The notes: generated by a model from the letters alone, not told the origin. A stretch of DNA of 64,000 nt from Spirochaetia bacterium (GCA_963668315.1 OY764216.1:1088001-1152000); one strand, 5' to 3'; positions 1 through 10,818 are shown, numbered from the stretch's first letter. Numbers and translations: made by a program.

Positions 1-548
1 TTGTCTCCCACTCTTCTTTTTACTTCGGCAAGCTGCTGAACGCTGCTGGTAGCCTCCTTGTCCGCCACGAAATGGGGGAATTCGTCGGCCAGTTTTTCAA
101 TGGTTTCCGGTTTGATATTGATGACGACCCGGGACGGGTTGTTGTAGATGCCGACGGGAATGGAAACGGCGCCCATACAGGCTCTCAGATAAGCGTAAAG
201 GGCCGTCTGGGTAAGGAGCAGGTAAGGGGGGCAGGTGAAGACAAGTCCGTCGGCACCTTCGGCCTCGGCAAACTGGGCGAACTCGATCGTCTGTTCCGTG
301 GTGGGAAAAGAGGAGCCGAAGAAAACGGGAAGTTTTCCCTTGGCGTAAGCGGCAACATGGGTGACGATTTTTTTTCGCTCTTCCGCGGTGAGAAGAGTCA
401 CTTCCCCTGCGGAGCCCATAACGAGAAGCATGGCAGTGCCGTGTTTGGCATGAAAGTCAATCAGTGTATTGAAGCCGCCCAGATCGACTGATCCGTCTTT
501 ATTGAATGGCGTGGGAATGGCAACCCAGGAACCTTGAGGTTTGATCAT
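1..548 (-). CDS. DapA/NanA (dihydrodipicolinate synthase-like, class I aldolase) family protein, 3' end runs off the window
   Basis: Not in the ORF track; translated by hand from ATG at 548: MIKPQGSWVAIPTPFNKDGSVD...MGSAGEVTLLT...PPY...GIYNNPSR...VADKEA (catalytic Tyr and Schiff-base Lys). SD GAAGGAG upstream. Confidence 0.85.
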   Translation of the reverse strand, partial: MIKPQGSWVAIPTPFNKDGSVDLGGFNTLIDFHAKHGTAMLLVMGSAGEVTLLTAEERKKIVTHVAAYAKGKLPVFFGSSFPTTEQTIEFAQFAEAEGADGLVFTCPPYLLLTQTALYAYLRACMGAVSIPVGIYNNPSRVVINIKPETIEKLADEFPHFVADKEATSSVQQLAEVKRRVGD

Positions 549-676
549 GGTGTTTTCTCCTTCTGTTATCCCTGTTCTTCTGTATGGGGTGACCATAAGC
601 GCTATTGATCCCGGTTTACAGGAAAACAGTAAATATAAATAATAATTTAAAAATACTTAATATTTATGTGGATGCC

Positions 677-705
677 AGTATAGGAAAAAACAATTCGGTT
701 GTAAA
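677..705 (-). promoter_or_regulatory. sigma70-type promoter for the DapA-family gene
   Basis: Minus strand reads TTTACA-17 nt-TATACT in an AT-rich intergenic region. Confidence 0.55.
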
Positions 706-732
706 GCAAATATTAAACTATAATGAAATATA

Positions 733-748
733 TTTTGTATATACAAAA
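733..748. promoter_or_regulatory. Perfect 16-bp palindrome, candidate GntR/FadR-type operator
   Basis: TTTTGTATATACAAAA, just upstream of the predicted -35. Confidence 0.55.
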
Positions 749-938
749 CTATGTAAATGTGTATAGTCTGGTAAATAATTAATATAAAAGAAGATAAAGC
801 AATATATGAAAATTTGTGTATATAAGTTATCCGTGACGATGTTCAGTATTTTTTAACGCAGGGGCCCCTCTCATCTGAGGAGTCACATCCGTATCCTACA
901 CGAAAGAAGGTTGCTGCTATATTTATACATTAATGAAC

Positions 939-969
939 AAAAAAAGAGGATGGCCTTAACCATCCTCTT
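939..969 (-). terminator. Rho-independent terminator of the sugar ABC operon
   Basis: AAGAGGATGG/CCATCCTCTT stem with a T-run on the minus strand, about 40 nt after the permease stop. Confidence 0.8.
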
Positions 970-1011
970 CCTCATTTTCAGGGTCTCTTTCCCTGACGAA
1001 ACTGATGTCCG

Positions 1012-2181
1012 TCAGGAATTGCTTTTTTTCTTAGTCGTTACGTCAAATACAACGGCCAGAAGAAGAACCAGTCCCTTAATGGCCTGCTGCCAGTCAACGC
1101 CCACGCCCATGATAGACATGCCGTTGTTCAAAACACCCATGACAAGGCCTCCGATTATGGCGCCCATAATGGTACCGATACCGCCCGAAGCAGAAGCTCC
1201 GCCGATGAAACAGGAGGCGATGGCGTCCAGCTCGAACATGTTGCCCGCCTTCGGTGTGGCCGCATTAAGGCGTCCGGCTACGACGATACCGGCGAGAGCC
1301 GAAAGAAGGCCCATATTCGTATAGACCAGAAACATGACGCGCTGGGTTTTGACTCCGGAGAGCATGGCCGCTTTCTCGTTGCCGCCCAACGCGTAGATAT
1401 GCCGGCCGAAGATCGTTTTCTGGGTAATGAACGTATAAAGAAGAATCAGGAAGGCCAGAAGAATCAGGACGATGGGAATACCGTTATAGTTCGCCAGTGA
1501 GAAGGCCAGGGCATTGATCGCCAGCACTATGAGAACAATCTTGAGCATCTCGGCCCAGAAGGGAGGCACTTCGAAGTTATACTTTACCTTGTCCCTTCTG
1601 GATTTGATCAGGAAGACAATGAAAAGAATAGAGACGAGGATACCAACGGCCACGGCGATGGTATTGAAACTGCCGATTCGGATCTCTCTGCCGGGGAGAT
1701 AGCCGGCGGCCAGGGCCTGGAAGCTTTTCTCAAAGGGAGCTTTCGTCTGCCCCTTGAGGATGACCATGGTAAGACCGCGCCAGATGAGCATTCCCGCCAG
1801 AGTGACAATAAAGGCGGGAATATGCATATAGGCGATGAAATAGCCATGGAAGGCGCCTATGGCAACTCCGATCAAAAGAGCCAGCAGAATGGTAAGTCCC
1901 ACGGGAAGACCCCAGTCCACCATCATAATAGCCGCGACGGCTCCCACAAAGGCCACCACGGAACCGACGGAGAGGTCGATATTCCCGGTTAGAATGCAGA
2001 GCAGCATACCTGTGGCCAGAATCAGAACATAGGCGTTCTGAAGGATAATATTATTCACGTTCATGGAACGGAACAGAATACCCCCCGTAAGGATCTGGAA
2101 CAGAACCATGATAAACACCAGGGCCAGGACCATTCCATTCTTCCTCACGTTGTTTTTGAATAGAGACGATAACTGATTCAT
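1012..2181 (-). CDS. gguB: Multiple-monosaccharide ABC transporter permease (GguB/MmsB)
   Basis: [29 protein letters not shown] and FELDAIA motifs. Start moved to MNQLSS (2181), which gives an ATGA overlap with the ATPase stop. Confidence 0.9.
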   Translation of the reverse strand: MNQLSSLFKNNVRKNGMVLALVFIMVLFQILTGGILFRSMNVNNIILQNAYVLILATGMLLCILTGNIDLSVGSVVAFVGAVAAIMMVDWGLPVGLTILLALLIGVAIGAFHGYFIAYMHIPAFIVTLAGMLIWRGLTMVILKGQTKAPFEKSFQALAAGYLPGREIRIGSFNTIAVAVGILVSILFIVFLIKSRRDKVKYNFEVPPFWAEMLKIVLIVLAINALAFSLANYNGIPIVLILLAFLILLYTFITQKTIFGRHIYALGGNEKAAMLSGVKTQRVMFLVYTNMGLLSALAGIVVAGRLNAATPKAGNMFELDAIASCFIGGASASGGIGTIMGAIIGGLVMGVLNNGMSIMGVGVDWQQAIKGLVLLLAVVFDVTTKKKSNS

Positions 2182-3731
2182 ACACTCTTCCTTAACTTGA
2201 TTTCTTTTTGATGGGTCATGATTGTTTTCATAATGCTTTCCTGGGATGCTTCCCTGCGGGCGAGGCATCCGGCCACTTCACCTTCGTTGATCACGTAGAT
2301 GCGGTCGCACATTCCCAGGAGTTCAGGCAGCTCCGAGCTGATCATCAGGACGGCCTTCCCCTGGGAGGCCAGCTGGTTGATAATCGTATAGATTTCATAT
2401 TTGGCGCCCACGTCGATTCCCCTAGTCGGTTCATCGAGAAGAAGAACGTCCGGTTCGGACATGAGCCATTTGCTTAGTACCACTTTCTGCTGATTCCCTC
2501 CTGAGAGGTTTTCCACGTTCTGGTTCAGCCCGCTGCAGCGTACGGCCAGTTTCTTCCTGAAATCGTCTGCCTGGACGATCTCCTCGTTCAGGTTCAGGAT
2601 GCCCTTGTCGGAAATCTTCTTCAGATTGGGGAGGCAGATATTGGTCTTGATGTCGTTGATCAGGACAAGGCCGTAGTTCTTCCGGTCTTCCGTCAGATAG
2701 ACGACTCCCTTTTCTATGGACTCGTTTACCGAATCCAGAGTGATCTCTTTGCCGTTTTTAAAGATTTTTCCCGAATGATTTTTTCCGTAGGATTTTCCGA
2801 AGAGACTCATGGCCAGTTCCGTCCGGCCCGCTCCCATCAGCCCGGCAAAACCTACCACTTCCCCCGCCTTGATATCAAAGGAAGCTTTGTTTACGATAAT
2901 TCTGCCGTCCTGAACGGGGTGATATACGGTCCAGTCTTCCACGCGGAAAACCTCGTCTCCGATGGGGGTGTCCCTCTCGGGCCACCGGTCGGTTATCTCA
3001 CGTCCGACCATGCTCTTGATGATCTGGTCTTCCTTGAAGGAGTTTTCACCCCTGACAAGGGTTTCGATGACCTGGCCGTCCCGGATGACGGTTATCTGAT
3101 CGGCGACCTGCTCCACTTCATTCAGTTTGTGGCTGATGAGGATGGATGTGACGCCGTGGGCTTTCAGGTCGATAAGCAGCTTCAGAAGCTTCTGGGATTC
3201 CTCGTCGTTGAGGGCGGCGGTCGGCTCGTCCAGAATAAGAAGCTTCACGTCTTTGGATAGGGCCTTGGCAATTTCCACGAGCTGCTGCTTGCCCACGCCG
3301 ATATCCCCGATAAGGGTCGTGGGATTTTCGTCCAGTCCCACTTTTCTGAGCAGTCCGTAGGCCCGGTCGATGGATTTATTCCAGTCGATAACCCCGCCGT
3401 GATGGACCTCGTTGCCCAGAAATATATTCTCCGCAATGGAGAGATAAGGGATCAGCGCCAATTCCTGGTGGATGATGACGATGCCCTCTTTTTCGCTGTC
3501 TTTAATGTCCTTAAAGGAACACTCCTTTCCCTTAAGGAGGATCTGCCCTCCGTAAGTGCCGTGGGGGTAGACGCCGGAAAGAACATTCATGAGCGTGGAT
3601 TTTCCGGCTCCGTTTTCACCGACAAGAGCGTGAATCTCATCATCCTCTACGGAAAGAGAAACGCCGTTCAATGCCTTTACCCCGGAAAACTCCTTTGTAA
3701 TCTGGCGCATTTCTAATATGGTCTGGCTCAT
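2178..3731 (-). CDS. gguA: Multiple-monosaccharide ABC transporter ATP-binding protein (GguA/MmsA, two ABC domains)
   Basis: [32 protein letters not shown]. Confidence 0.92.
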   Translation of the reverse strand: MSQTILEMRQITKEFSGVKALNGVSLSVEDDEIHALVGENGAGKSTLMNVLSGVYPHGTYGGQILLKGKECSFKDIKDSEKEGIVIIHQELALIPYLSIAENIFLGNEVHHGGVIDWNKSIDRAYGLLRKVGLDENPTTLIGDIGVGKQQLVEIAKALSKDVKLLILDEPTAALNDEESQKLLKLLIDLKAHGVTSILISHKLNEVEQVADQITVIRDGQVIETLVRGENSFKEDQIIKSMVGREITDRWPERDTPIGDEVFRVEDWTVYHPVQDGRIIVNKASFDIKAGEVVGFAGLMGAGRTELAMSLFGKSYGKNHSGKIFKNGKEITLDSVNESIEKGVVYLTEDRKNYGLVLINDIKTNICLPNLKKISDKGILNLNEEIVQADDFRKKLAVRCSGLNQNVENLSGGNQQKVVLSKWLMSEPDVLLLDEPTRGIDVGAKYEIYTIINQLASQGKAVLMISSELPELLGMCDRIYVINEGEVAGCLARREASQESIMKTIMTHQKEIKLRKSV

Positions 3732-3760
3732 TTTTAATATCTCCCGATGGTGAAGAAAAA

Positions 3761-3791
3761 CTGCCGGCTTCGGTATCTCCGCCGCCGGCAG
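3761..3791. other. Intergenic stem-loop after the sugar-binding protein gene (mRNA stabiliser or partial terminator)
   Basis: CTGCCGGC...GCCGGCAG inverted repeat, followed by a short T-run on the minus strand. Confidence 0.55.
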
Positions 3792-3823
3792 TCCTCAAAA
3801 TCGTCGATGGAGGATTACTATTA

Positions 3824-4897
3824 CTATAATCCTAATTCATCTTTCGTGTAATATCCAGTGTCTACAAGAGCTTCTATTACATTGTTTTTATCAACGGAAA
3901 CGGGTACTTCCAGGAAGGAAGGCACAACGAATACGCCGTTGTCATAGGTTTTTGTGTCGTTGACTTCGGGGGTCTCGCCCTTCAGTACGGCATCTACCAT
4001 GTCGGAGGCTCTCTTGGCCAGGGTTCTGGTGTCCTTGAATACGGTGGAGTACTGCTCGCCGGCGAGGATCGATTTGACAGAAGGAATCTCCGCATCCTGT
4101 CCGGAAACCACGGGTATGGGCTTGGCGGAACCGTATCCCACGCTCTTGAGAGCGGAAAGAATACCGATGGAAAGACCGTCGTAGGGAGAAAGAACGGCAT
4201 CCACATTCTTGTCGGTGTAGTAAGCAGCCAGAAGGTTGTCCATTCTCTGCTGTGCCACAACTCCGTCCCAGCGCAGGGTGGCGCCCTGTTCAAAATTGGT
4301 CTGGCCGGAAGCGACAACGAGCTGTCCTTTGTCGATGTAGGGCTGAAGAACGCTCATGGCTCCGTCCCAGAAGTAGTAGGCGTTGGTGTCGTCGGGAGAT
4401 CCGCCGAAGAGCTCGATGTTGAAGGGGCCCGCATTGGATTTAAGGTTCAGTCCTTCCACGATGGAGGTAGCCTGGATAACGCCTACCTGGAAGTTGTCGA
4501 AGGTGGCGTAGTAGCTGACATGGGGGGTGTTGACGATAAGGCGGTCGTAGGAAATGATCTTTACGTCATTCTGGGCAGCCTGTTCGAGCACGTTGAAGAG
4601 AGCCGCACCGTCGATAGCGGCGATAACCAGACAGTCGGCGCCTTTCACGATCATGTTCTCGATCTGGTTGACCTGGGCATCGATGTTGTCTTCGGCATAC
4701 TGAAGATCAACTTTGTATCCTCTCTTTTCCAGAATGTCCTTCATGTAGCCGCCGTCCTGAATCCATCTCTGGGAGGACTGTGTAGGCATGGCGATTCCCA
4801 CGGTTTTGACATCACTTTCCGAACCGCCGTTGGCGAAAACGGGAAGGGCCGAAAGAGCCACGAGGCCGATCAGGGCCAGGGTTAGGATTTTTTTCAT
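3824..4897 (-). CDS. chvE: Multiple-monosaccharide ABC substrate-binding protein (ChvE/SbpA type)
   Basis: Signal peptide; [45 protein letters not shown] motifs. Confidence 0.9.
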   Translation of the reverse strand: MKKILTLALIGLVALSALPVFANGGSESDVKTVGIAMPTQSSQRWIQDGGYMKDILEKRGYKVDLQYAEDNIDAQVNQIENMIVKGADCLVIAAIDGAALFNVLEQAAQNDVKIISYDRLIVNTPHVSYYATFDNFQVGVIQATSIVEGLNLKSNAGPFNIELFGGSPDDTNAYYFWDGAMSVLQPYIDKGQLVVASGQTNFEQGATLRWDGVVAQQRMDNLLAAYYTDKNVDAVLSPYDGLSIGILSALKSVGYGSAKPIPVVSGQDAEIPSVKSILAGEQYSTVFKDTRTLAKRASDMVDAVLKGETPEVNDTKTYDNGVFVVPSFLEVPVSVDKNNVIEALVDTGYYTKDELGL

Positions 4898-4957
4898 ACT
4901 TTACTCCTTGGTACGCAGACGGAAAATTGCGGTACAATCGCCCGTCCTTTGAAAATG

Positions 4958-5123
4958 TTTGAAACAAACAAAAACGAAGCAAAACGTAATCATTGTGTTT
5001 CAAATGTGAATTTACGGTACACCCAGTACACCCTCCTGTCAAGAAAAAGTTTCGTTTTACTCTTTTTATGATCGAAACAAAGGGAGAATCAAATTGCCAA
5101 CTTCCCCCGGGCTGTGATAGTAT
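4958..5123. promoter_or_regulatory. Divergent promoter region with candidate DeoR operators
   Basis: Minus strand TTGACA(5042-5037)-17-TACCGT; plus strand TTGCCA-18-TAGTAT with extended TG. Inverted pairs TTTGAAAC/GTTTCAAA and GTTTCG/CGAAAC. Confidence 0.5.
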
Positions 5124-5144
5124 TAATTCCGGAGGAAAGCCGCT

Positions 5145-5930
5145 TTGTATGCTATTGAACGAATACGAATCATCAAGCAATATCTGGAAGAGCATGGCCA
5201 GGCGCAGGTACAGGCGCTCAGTTCCCTCCTGGACGTTTCGGAAGTAACCGTAAGGAGAGATCTGGAGAGACTGGAAGCCGAAGGGTGGCTGACCCGTACC
5301 CATGGGGGGGCGATAATCAACCGGACCGAAAGTTCATTTTCCCTGGGTGAGCGGGGGCTTGATCTCCTTGAGGACGCCTACAGGGGAATCGCTTCCGTTG
5401 CCCTGCAAATGATTTCCGATGGGGATGTAATAATGCTTACCGGCGGGGAGGCGAACAATGTCATTGCCTCCCGTCTGGGGGAACGGTCCGGTTTGACCGT
5501 CCTGACCAATGATATAAGGATCGCCGCCCAGTTGGGAGAACAGGATTCCAACAAAACCGTCCTTCTGGGCGGGACTCTGGAAAAAGGGGAGCTGGCCCTG
5601 TACGGTTCACTGACCCTGTCCAATCTGGAACGCTTCTATGTAAATCTGCTCTTTTCCGAAGTGGACGGCATCAGCCGGGATCTTCAGTTTACCGTCAGGA
5701 GCCAGGAAAAGGCCGATCTTATCATGCAGGCGAAGAGAGTCGCCCGGAAAAATATCGTGGTCTGCCCCTCGGACAGGGCCGATCAGAACGCCTTCTACAG
5801 GCTGGGGGATATCCATTTCGCCGATCAGCTTATATCCACTTCCGACCTGTCGGGGGATTATAAGTCTTCCATATTCAGCGAGGGAGTCCCCCTCTACACG
5901 CCTATGGAAGCCTATGAGGGGAGCCGCTGA
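5145..5930 (+). CDS. DeoR/GlpR family transcriptional regulator
   Basis: HTH LDVSEVTVRRDLERLE, RTHGGA, C-terminal DeoRC domain; TTG start with SD GGAGG. Confidence 0.9.
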   Translation: MYAIERIRIIKQYLEEHGQAQVQALSSLLDVSEVTVRRDLERLEAEGWLTRTHGGAIINRTESSFSLGERGLDLLEDAYRGIASVALQMISDGDVIMLTGGEANNVIASRLGERSGLTVLTNDIRIAAQLGEQDSNKTVLLGGTLEKGELALYGSLTLSNLERFYVNLLFSEVDGISRDLQFTVRSQEKADLIMQAKRVARKNIVVCPSDRADQNAFYRLGDIHFADQLISTSDLSGDYKSSIFSEGVPLYTPMEAYEGSR

Positions 5931-5932
5931 TA

Positions 5933-7432
5933 ATGTCACAATATGAACCTTGGCTGGAACTGGTAAATATAGAGAAGCAGTTTGACGGATTCGGACTCGG
6001 ACCGGTCAATTTATCTCTCAGTTCGGGCGAGGTTCATATGGTGGTCGGCGAAAACGGCTCGGGAAAGTCGACGTTGATGAAGCTGATAGCCGGGTGGTTT
6101 CCCCCCGATGAGGGGCAGCTCCTTCTTGAGGGAACACCGGTCCGTTTCAAGGATATCAGGGACGCCTATAAGCAGGGGGTCTTCTATCTTCATCAGGAAT
6201 TCCAGTGCTTTGAAAACTTATCCGTGGCGGAGAATCTTTTCCTGGGCAATCTGCCTTCCCTGAGCCGCTGCCCCCTGTTCTATAACAGGAATGAGATTTT
6301 CCATCGCGGCCGGGAGACCTTTAACGAGCTGGGGATCTCCCTCTCTGCCCAGACTCTTATCCGCAATCTGAATTATGCCGAAAGGCAGCTTGTCTCGGCG
6401 GTCCGCGGCTATCTGTCGCCGGCAAAAGTCGTCATTTTTGACGAGCCCTCCTCGGTTATGTCCCCCGCGGAAAGGGAGATCCTTTTTGATATCGTCACCC
6501 GTCTGAAGAAGCAGGGGAGGATCATTCTGTACATCTCCCACCGGCTGGACGAGATAACCCGGATCGGCGACCGTGTATCCGTCATGGACAAGGGCAAGCT
6601 GCTAATTCCCCAGGACTGCCGCCGGATCGATCAGAACCGTCTGGTGCGGATGATGACCGGGCAGGTTCACAAGGAGCGATATCCCCGGCTTGCCACCAAA
6701 AAGAAAAATGTGATTCTTTCCGTGGACGACCTGAAGTACGAGCCGATTCTCAAGGGGGTGAGCTTTGATCTGAGGGAAGGGGAGATTCTGGGCATTACGG
6801 GGCTGATGGGTTCGGGAAGGACCCTCCTCGCCAACTGCCTATTCGGGATCGTACCTCCCAGCGGGGGGAGAATCGCCGTAGACGGTGAGGATGTCCGATT
6901 CCGCCATCCCGAGGATGCCATGGCCCGCGGTATATCCCTCATTCCCGAAGACCGGGTGAAAAACGGGATTTTTACGAAGATGGATCTTCTGCGCAATATG
7001 ACAAGCGCTTCCCTGGACCGGTTCAAGAATCTCTTCTATCTGGACGAGACGTTCATGGATGAAATGACCCGCAGTTATGTGGACATCATGAAAATCAATC
7101 CGGGAAAGTGCAACGATATCATCGGCGGCTATTCCGGGGGGAATCAGCAGAAGGTCATGGTCTCCAAATGGCTTATGAGCCGGACGAAAATCTATATCAT
7201 GGACGAGCCGACCCGGGGGATAGACCAGGCGTCGCGCGTGGATATCTACAACACCATGAATGATCTGACGTCGAAGGGGGCCGGAATCATACTGATCTCC
7301 TCGGAGATAGAGGAGACTCTGGGCATGTCCGACAGGATTCTCGTCCTTTCAAACGGAGTTATCTCCCGGGAAATGACGAGGGAAGAAGCTTCCAAGGAAG
7401 TCATAATCGAAGCGGCCACTCTGGAGATTTAG
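5933..7432 (+). CDS. Sugar (CUT2) ABC transporter ATP-binding protein with no adjacent permease on its strand
   Basis: [31 protein letters not shown]. Confidence 0.88.
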   Translation: MSQYEPWLELVNIEKQFDGFGLGPVNLSLSSGEVHMVVGENGSGKSTLMKLIAGWFPPDEGQLLLEGTPVRFKDIRDAYKQGVFYLHQEFQCFENLSVAENLFLGNLPSLSRCPLFYNRNEIFHRGRETFNELGISLSAQTLIRNLNYAERQLVSAVRGYLSPAKVVIFDEPSSVMSPAEREILFDIVTRLKKQGRIILYISHRLDEITRIGDRVSVMDKGKLLIPQDCRRIDQNRLVRMMTGQVHKERYPRLATKKKNVILSVDDLKYEPILKGVSFDLREGEILGITGLMGSGRTLLANCLFGIVPPSGGRIAVDGEDVRFRHPEDAMARGISLIPEDRVKNGIFTKMDLLRNMTSASLDRFKNLFYLDETFMDEMTRSYVDIMKINPGKCNDIIGGYSGGNQQKVMVSKWLMSRTKIYIMDEPTRGIDQASRVDIYNTMNDLTSKGAGIILISSEIEETLGMSDRILVLSNGVISREMTREEASKEVIIEAATLEI

Positions 7433-10400
7433 CTTTCGGGGGTATCGAGGATGCGCCGGATCGTCAAAGCCAGCTCCCGGCTGGAAAAGGGTTTCTGTAT
7501 AAAGCGTATCCCCTCTTCGAGGATTCCGTGGCTGGCAATAATATCGTCGATGTAACCGCTCATGAACAGATATTTGATGCGGGGATGATCTGCGGTGATG
7601 ATTTTGATGAGCTCCTTGCCGTTCATCTCGGGCATCACGATATCGCTCAGTATCAGGTCCAGTTCATTCCCCTTCTCTTCGGCGACGCGCAGAGCCTCCC
7701 CCTTTGTCCCCGCCGTCAGAACGGAATAACCGTAGCGTTCAAGCATCCGGGCGGTCATATGCATGAGGGCCTCTTCGTCCTCTATCACCAGTATCTGTTC
7801 CTGACCCCCGGCGGCGGCCTTTTCCGTCTGCTCGGCTTTCTCTGTTTTTTCTCCCGTTTCACGGAGGAAGAAAACCTTGAATGTCGTACCTATCCCCGGT
7901 TCGCTGTAGACGCTTATACTGCCCTGGTTTTGTTTGACGATCCCGTAAACCGTGGAAAGCCCCAGCCCCGTGCCCTTTCCCCTGCTCTTGGTGGTGAAAA
8001 AGGGTTCGAATATCTGGGAAAGGGTCACTCCATCCATCCCTCTTCCGTCGTCGGAAACCGAAAGGCATATATATTCTCCCGGAGACACATCGGGATGAAA
8101 GGCGCAATAGGTCTCGTCCAGTACCTGATTGGACGTGCTGATGGTCATGGAGCCCGTTCCGTCAATCGCGTCACGGGCGTTGACACAGAGATTCGCCAGT
8201 ATCTGATCGATCTGAACGGGATCCATCAGTGTTTTCCACAGATCTCTGTCCGGTTTCCAGCTGAGTTCGATATATTCTCCGATCAGGCTTTTCAGCATCT
8301 TCAGCATCTTTTCCACCGTTGAGTTCAGGTCAAGCTGCTGCGGCCGGGCATTCTGCTTTCTGGCAAAAGCCAGCAACTGCCGGGTCAGATCGGCCGATCT
8401 CTCCGCTGCATTCATGATCTCATTAAGGTAGGAATCGTGTTCTGCATCTTTCCGGCGGCTGTTCAGGGCCATCTCGGTATATCCCATGATAATGCCCAGG
8501 ATGTTATTGAAATCATGGGCCACACCGCCGGCCAGCCGCCCGATGGATTCGACCTTCTGTATCTGCTGGAGCTGCTCCTCAAGGGTTTTCTGTTCCGTGA
8601 TATCGGTGGTGATGAATCCGATTCCCTCTCCCACGGGAAACACTTTGTGGCTGAGGTGCATCTCCCTGTTTTCACTCTGATGTCTTCGCTGGAACATATA
8701 GGTCCTGCCCGTTTCTCTGACCAGATCGAAGTACTTGATAATCTCTCTGCCGCTTTCGCTGTATCTCTCCTTAAAATCGGCAATATTCGAGCTTCTGACG
8801 CGGTCCCTGACAATTCCTTCGGGGTAGAGTTCAAGGGCCCTGTTATTGATAAGAACGATATAGCCGTTCTTATCGTAAATCGTTATGGCGTCGCTGGTGG
8901 ACTCCATAAAGGCCTGGAGCCAGGTACGCTTCTCATCAAGCTCCCGGGCGGCGGAGATTTTTTCCGTGATATCCTCTGACAGGCCAAGAAGATATTCCGG
9001 TTTCCCTTCGCTGTTCAGCAGGGGAATCTTCTGGGTATGAAGAATCCTCTCTTCCCCGTCCCGGGTCTCGACTCTCTCTTGGGGAATATCCAGCAAGGTC
9101 TTGGACTTCAGAATCTTCCGGTCCATTGAGTTGAAGAAATCGGCGATATCCCGGGGGAAAATATCTTCATCCCTTTTCCTCATTATTTCATCTCTTTTCC
9201 TTCCGATAAGCTCCTCTCCCGCTTTATTGATGCGGACGTATGTGAGTTCGGACGCCTCTTTGACAAATATCATGCTGGGAATATTCTCGAAGATATTGGT
9301 GATGAAATTCTCTTTTTCCTGGATATCTCTGTACATGAGAAGGTTGGTGAGGGAATCGGTTATACGGTTCCCTATCTCCTGGAAGAGCTCTTTCTCCCTC
9401 TCGGTCCATACTCTTTCATTCAGGCAGTGGTGAAGGACGAAAACCCAGGGCTTGCCCATTTTCGGGTGGAGGATTATCTGCATGATCGCTCGGGTTTTGT
9501 ACTTCTCCCAGTTCCCTTCATTCCCTTTTTCCGGTTCGTATCTTTCGTAGATTCTTCCCGTTTCGAGCATCTTGCGGTATGCGGCTGTCACAAAGGGGGA
9601 CATGGGTGTTTCCCGTCTCGTGTGGTCGGAATCGGGAACATCGGGAGTATGGCGGGAAAAGGGGACGCGCAGTATCGGGCTGTCCGGATCGCAGGGATAG
9701 ACAAAGTAGGCCCGGTGGCAATGAAATATGGAAAGCACGTCGTCGAGTATGTTGTTGAGGACTTCTTCCAGATCGGTACTTTTTTGTATGGTCTGATTAA
9801 TTCGGTCCAGGTTCCTGAAAAAGTCGATATGCTCCTGCCGTTCCCTTTCCGCTTCCTTGTGGGCGGTTATATCCCTGGCTATCCCAAGGACGCCGGTGAT
9901 TTCTCCGTTCCCCTGCAGAATGGGGGTTTTGATCGTTTCCAGTATTTCCCGGTGACCGTCGGAGGCGAAGGTCAGCTCTATCTCGTTCTTCACCTCTTCC
10001 CTGGTTTCCAGAACATGCCTATCCCTCTGATGGAAGGTTTCCGCCTGTTCTCTGCTGACAAGATCGTAATCAGTCTTTCCTATGATCTCCGAGCTGTCGG
10101 CCCCGAGGAAATTCTCCACCCGGGGATTGCAGTACAGGAAACGGCCTTCCTTGTCTTTCATCCAGAAAAGATCGGGCATGGTATTGATAAGGGTTCTCAG
10201 GTAGGACTCTTTTCTCTTCAGTTCATCCAACAGCTTCCTGTCCTTCTCCCTATGCCTGTTCAGTACATAATTCTGGTAGGCGATGGTGGAAAGCTGATCG
10301 GCCAGCAGGGTGAGAAACTGGACATCCTGCTCAAACCGTTCCCGCCTTATGGGGGTAATTTCGTTAAAGGCGGTGAGCAAATCTTCCTCGTCGGCGCCAA

Positions 10401-10818
10401 TCTTGCGGGCATACTGCCTGATATTGCTTTCCGGCTGGGAGTCGTCTCTTATCTGCCCGATCATCCAGAAGGCGATGGGCCGGCCGTTGATCCTTATGGC
10501 AGTGGCGGCATCCAGCATTCCCGCACTTAGGCAGGGATGTATAATCGGCTCCCCTTCGGTCATCTGGCCCAGGACGGCATCTGAATGGCGGCAGTTAATC
10601 AATCCGGCGGGCGTATCCCTTACCATCTGGCAGAACCGGGTAAAGCCCGATGCCCTGGTTATGGGAGCGCCTGAGGTCTCGACGATGATCGAAGCCGTCC
10701 CGGTGGTGAGTGAAAATTGATCCTGCAGCCGCTGTAAATCCTCCAACGCGAAGAGTTCGGTCAAAGAGAGGTCATCGTTTACTGAGCTATCCGTATCATT
10801 GTCATGACGTTTACCCAC
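7429..10818 (-). CDS. Cytoplasmic hybrid sensor histidine kinase: PocR - PAS - GAF-like - PAS - PAS - HisKA - HATPase - REC
   Basis: PocR-type N-terminus (LQRLQDQF..FTRFC..C..SD..C..G), PAS/PAC repeats, H-box GVAHDFNNIL, PFFTTK, GTGLGLS, receiver DLILSDIVMP. Confidence 0.88.
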   Translation of the reverse strand: MGKRHDNDTDSSVNDDLSLTELFALEDLQRLQDQFSLTTGTASIIVETSGAPITRASGFTRFCQMVRDTPAGLINCRHSDAVLGQMTEGEPIIHPCLSAGMLDAATAIRINGRPIAFWMIGQIRDDSQPESNIRQYARKIGADEEDLLTAFNEITPIRRERFEQDVQFLTLLADQLSTIAYQNYVLNRHREKDRKLLDELKRKESYLRTLINTMPDLFWMKDKEGRFLYCNPRVENFLGADSSEIIGKTDYDLVSREQAETFHQRDRHVLETREEVKNEIELTFASDGHREILETIKTPILQGNGEITGVLGIARDITAHKEAERERQEHIDFFRNLDRINQTIQKSTDLEEVLNNILDDVLSIFHCHRAYFVYPCDPDSPILRVPFSRHTPDVPDSDHTRRETPMSPFVTAAYRKMLETGRIYERYEPEKGNEGNWEKYKTRAIMQIILHPKMGKPWVFVLHHCLNERVWTEREKELFQEIGNRITDSLTNLLMYRDIQEKENFITNIFENIPSMIFVKEASELTYVRINKAGEELIGRKRDEIMRKRDEDIFPRDIADFFNSMDRKILKSKTLLDIPQERVETRDGEERILHTQKIPLLNSEGKPEYLLGLSEDITEKISAARELDEKRTWLQAFMESTSDAITIYDKNGYIVLINNRALELYPEGIVRDRVRSSNIADFKERYSESGREIIKYFDLVRETGRTYMFQRRHQSENREMHLSHKVFPVGEGIGFITTDITEQKTLEEQLQQIQKVESIGRLAGGVAHDFNNILGIIMGYTEMALNSRRKDAEHDSYLNEIMNAAERSADLTRQLLAFARKQNARPQQLDLNSTVEKMLKMLKSLIGEYIELSWKPDRDLWKTLMDPVQIDQILANLCVNARDAIDGTGSMTISTSNQVLDETYCAFHPDVSPGEYICLSVSDDGRGMDGVTLSQIFEPFFTTKSRGKGTGLGLSTVYGIVKQNQGSISVYSEPGIGTTFKVFFLRETGEKTEKAEQTEKAAAGGQEQILVIEDEEALMHMTARMLERYGYSVLTAGTKGEALRVAEEKGNELDLILSDIVMPEMNGKELIKIITADHPRIKYLFMSGYIDDIIASHGILEEGIRFIQKPFSSRELALTIRRILDTPES

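Noticed and set aside
72..491. 139-aa plus-strand ORF in the track
   Set aside because: It is the antisense of the DapA-family gene, which the track missed because that gene runs off the window.
620..850. AT-rich tract considered as a replication origin or foreign insert
   Set aside because: No clustered DnaA boxes, iterons or mobility genes were seen; it is explained as a promoter/operator region.
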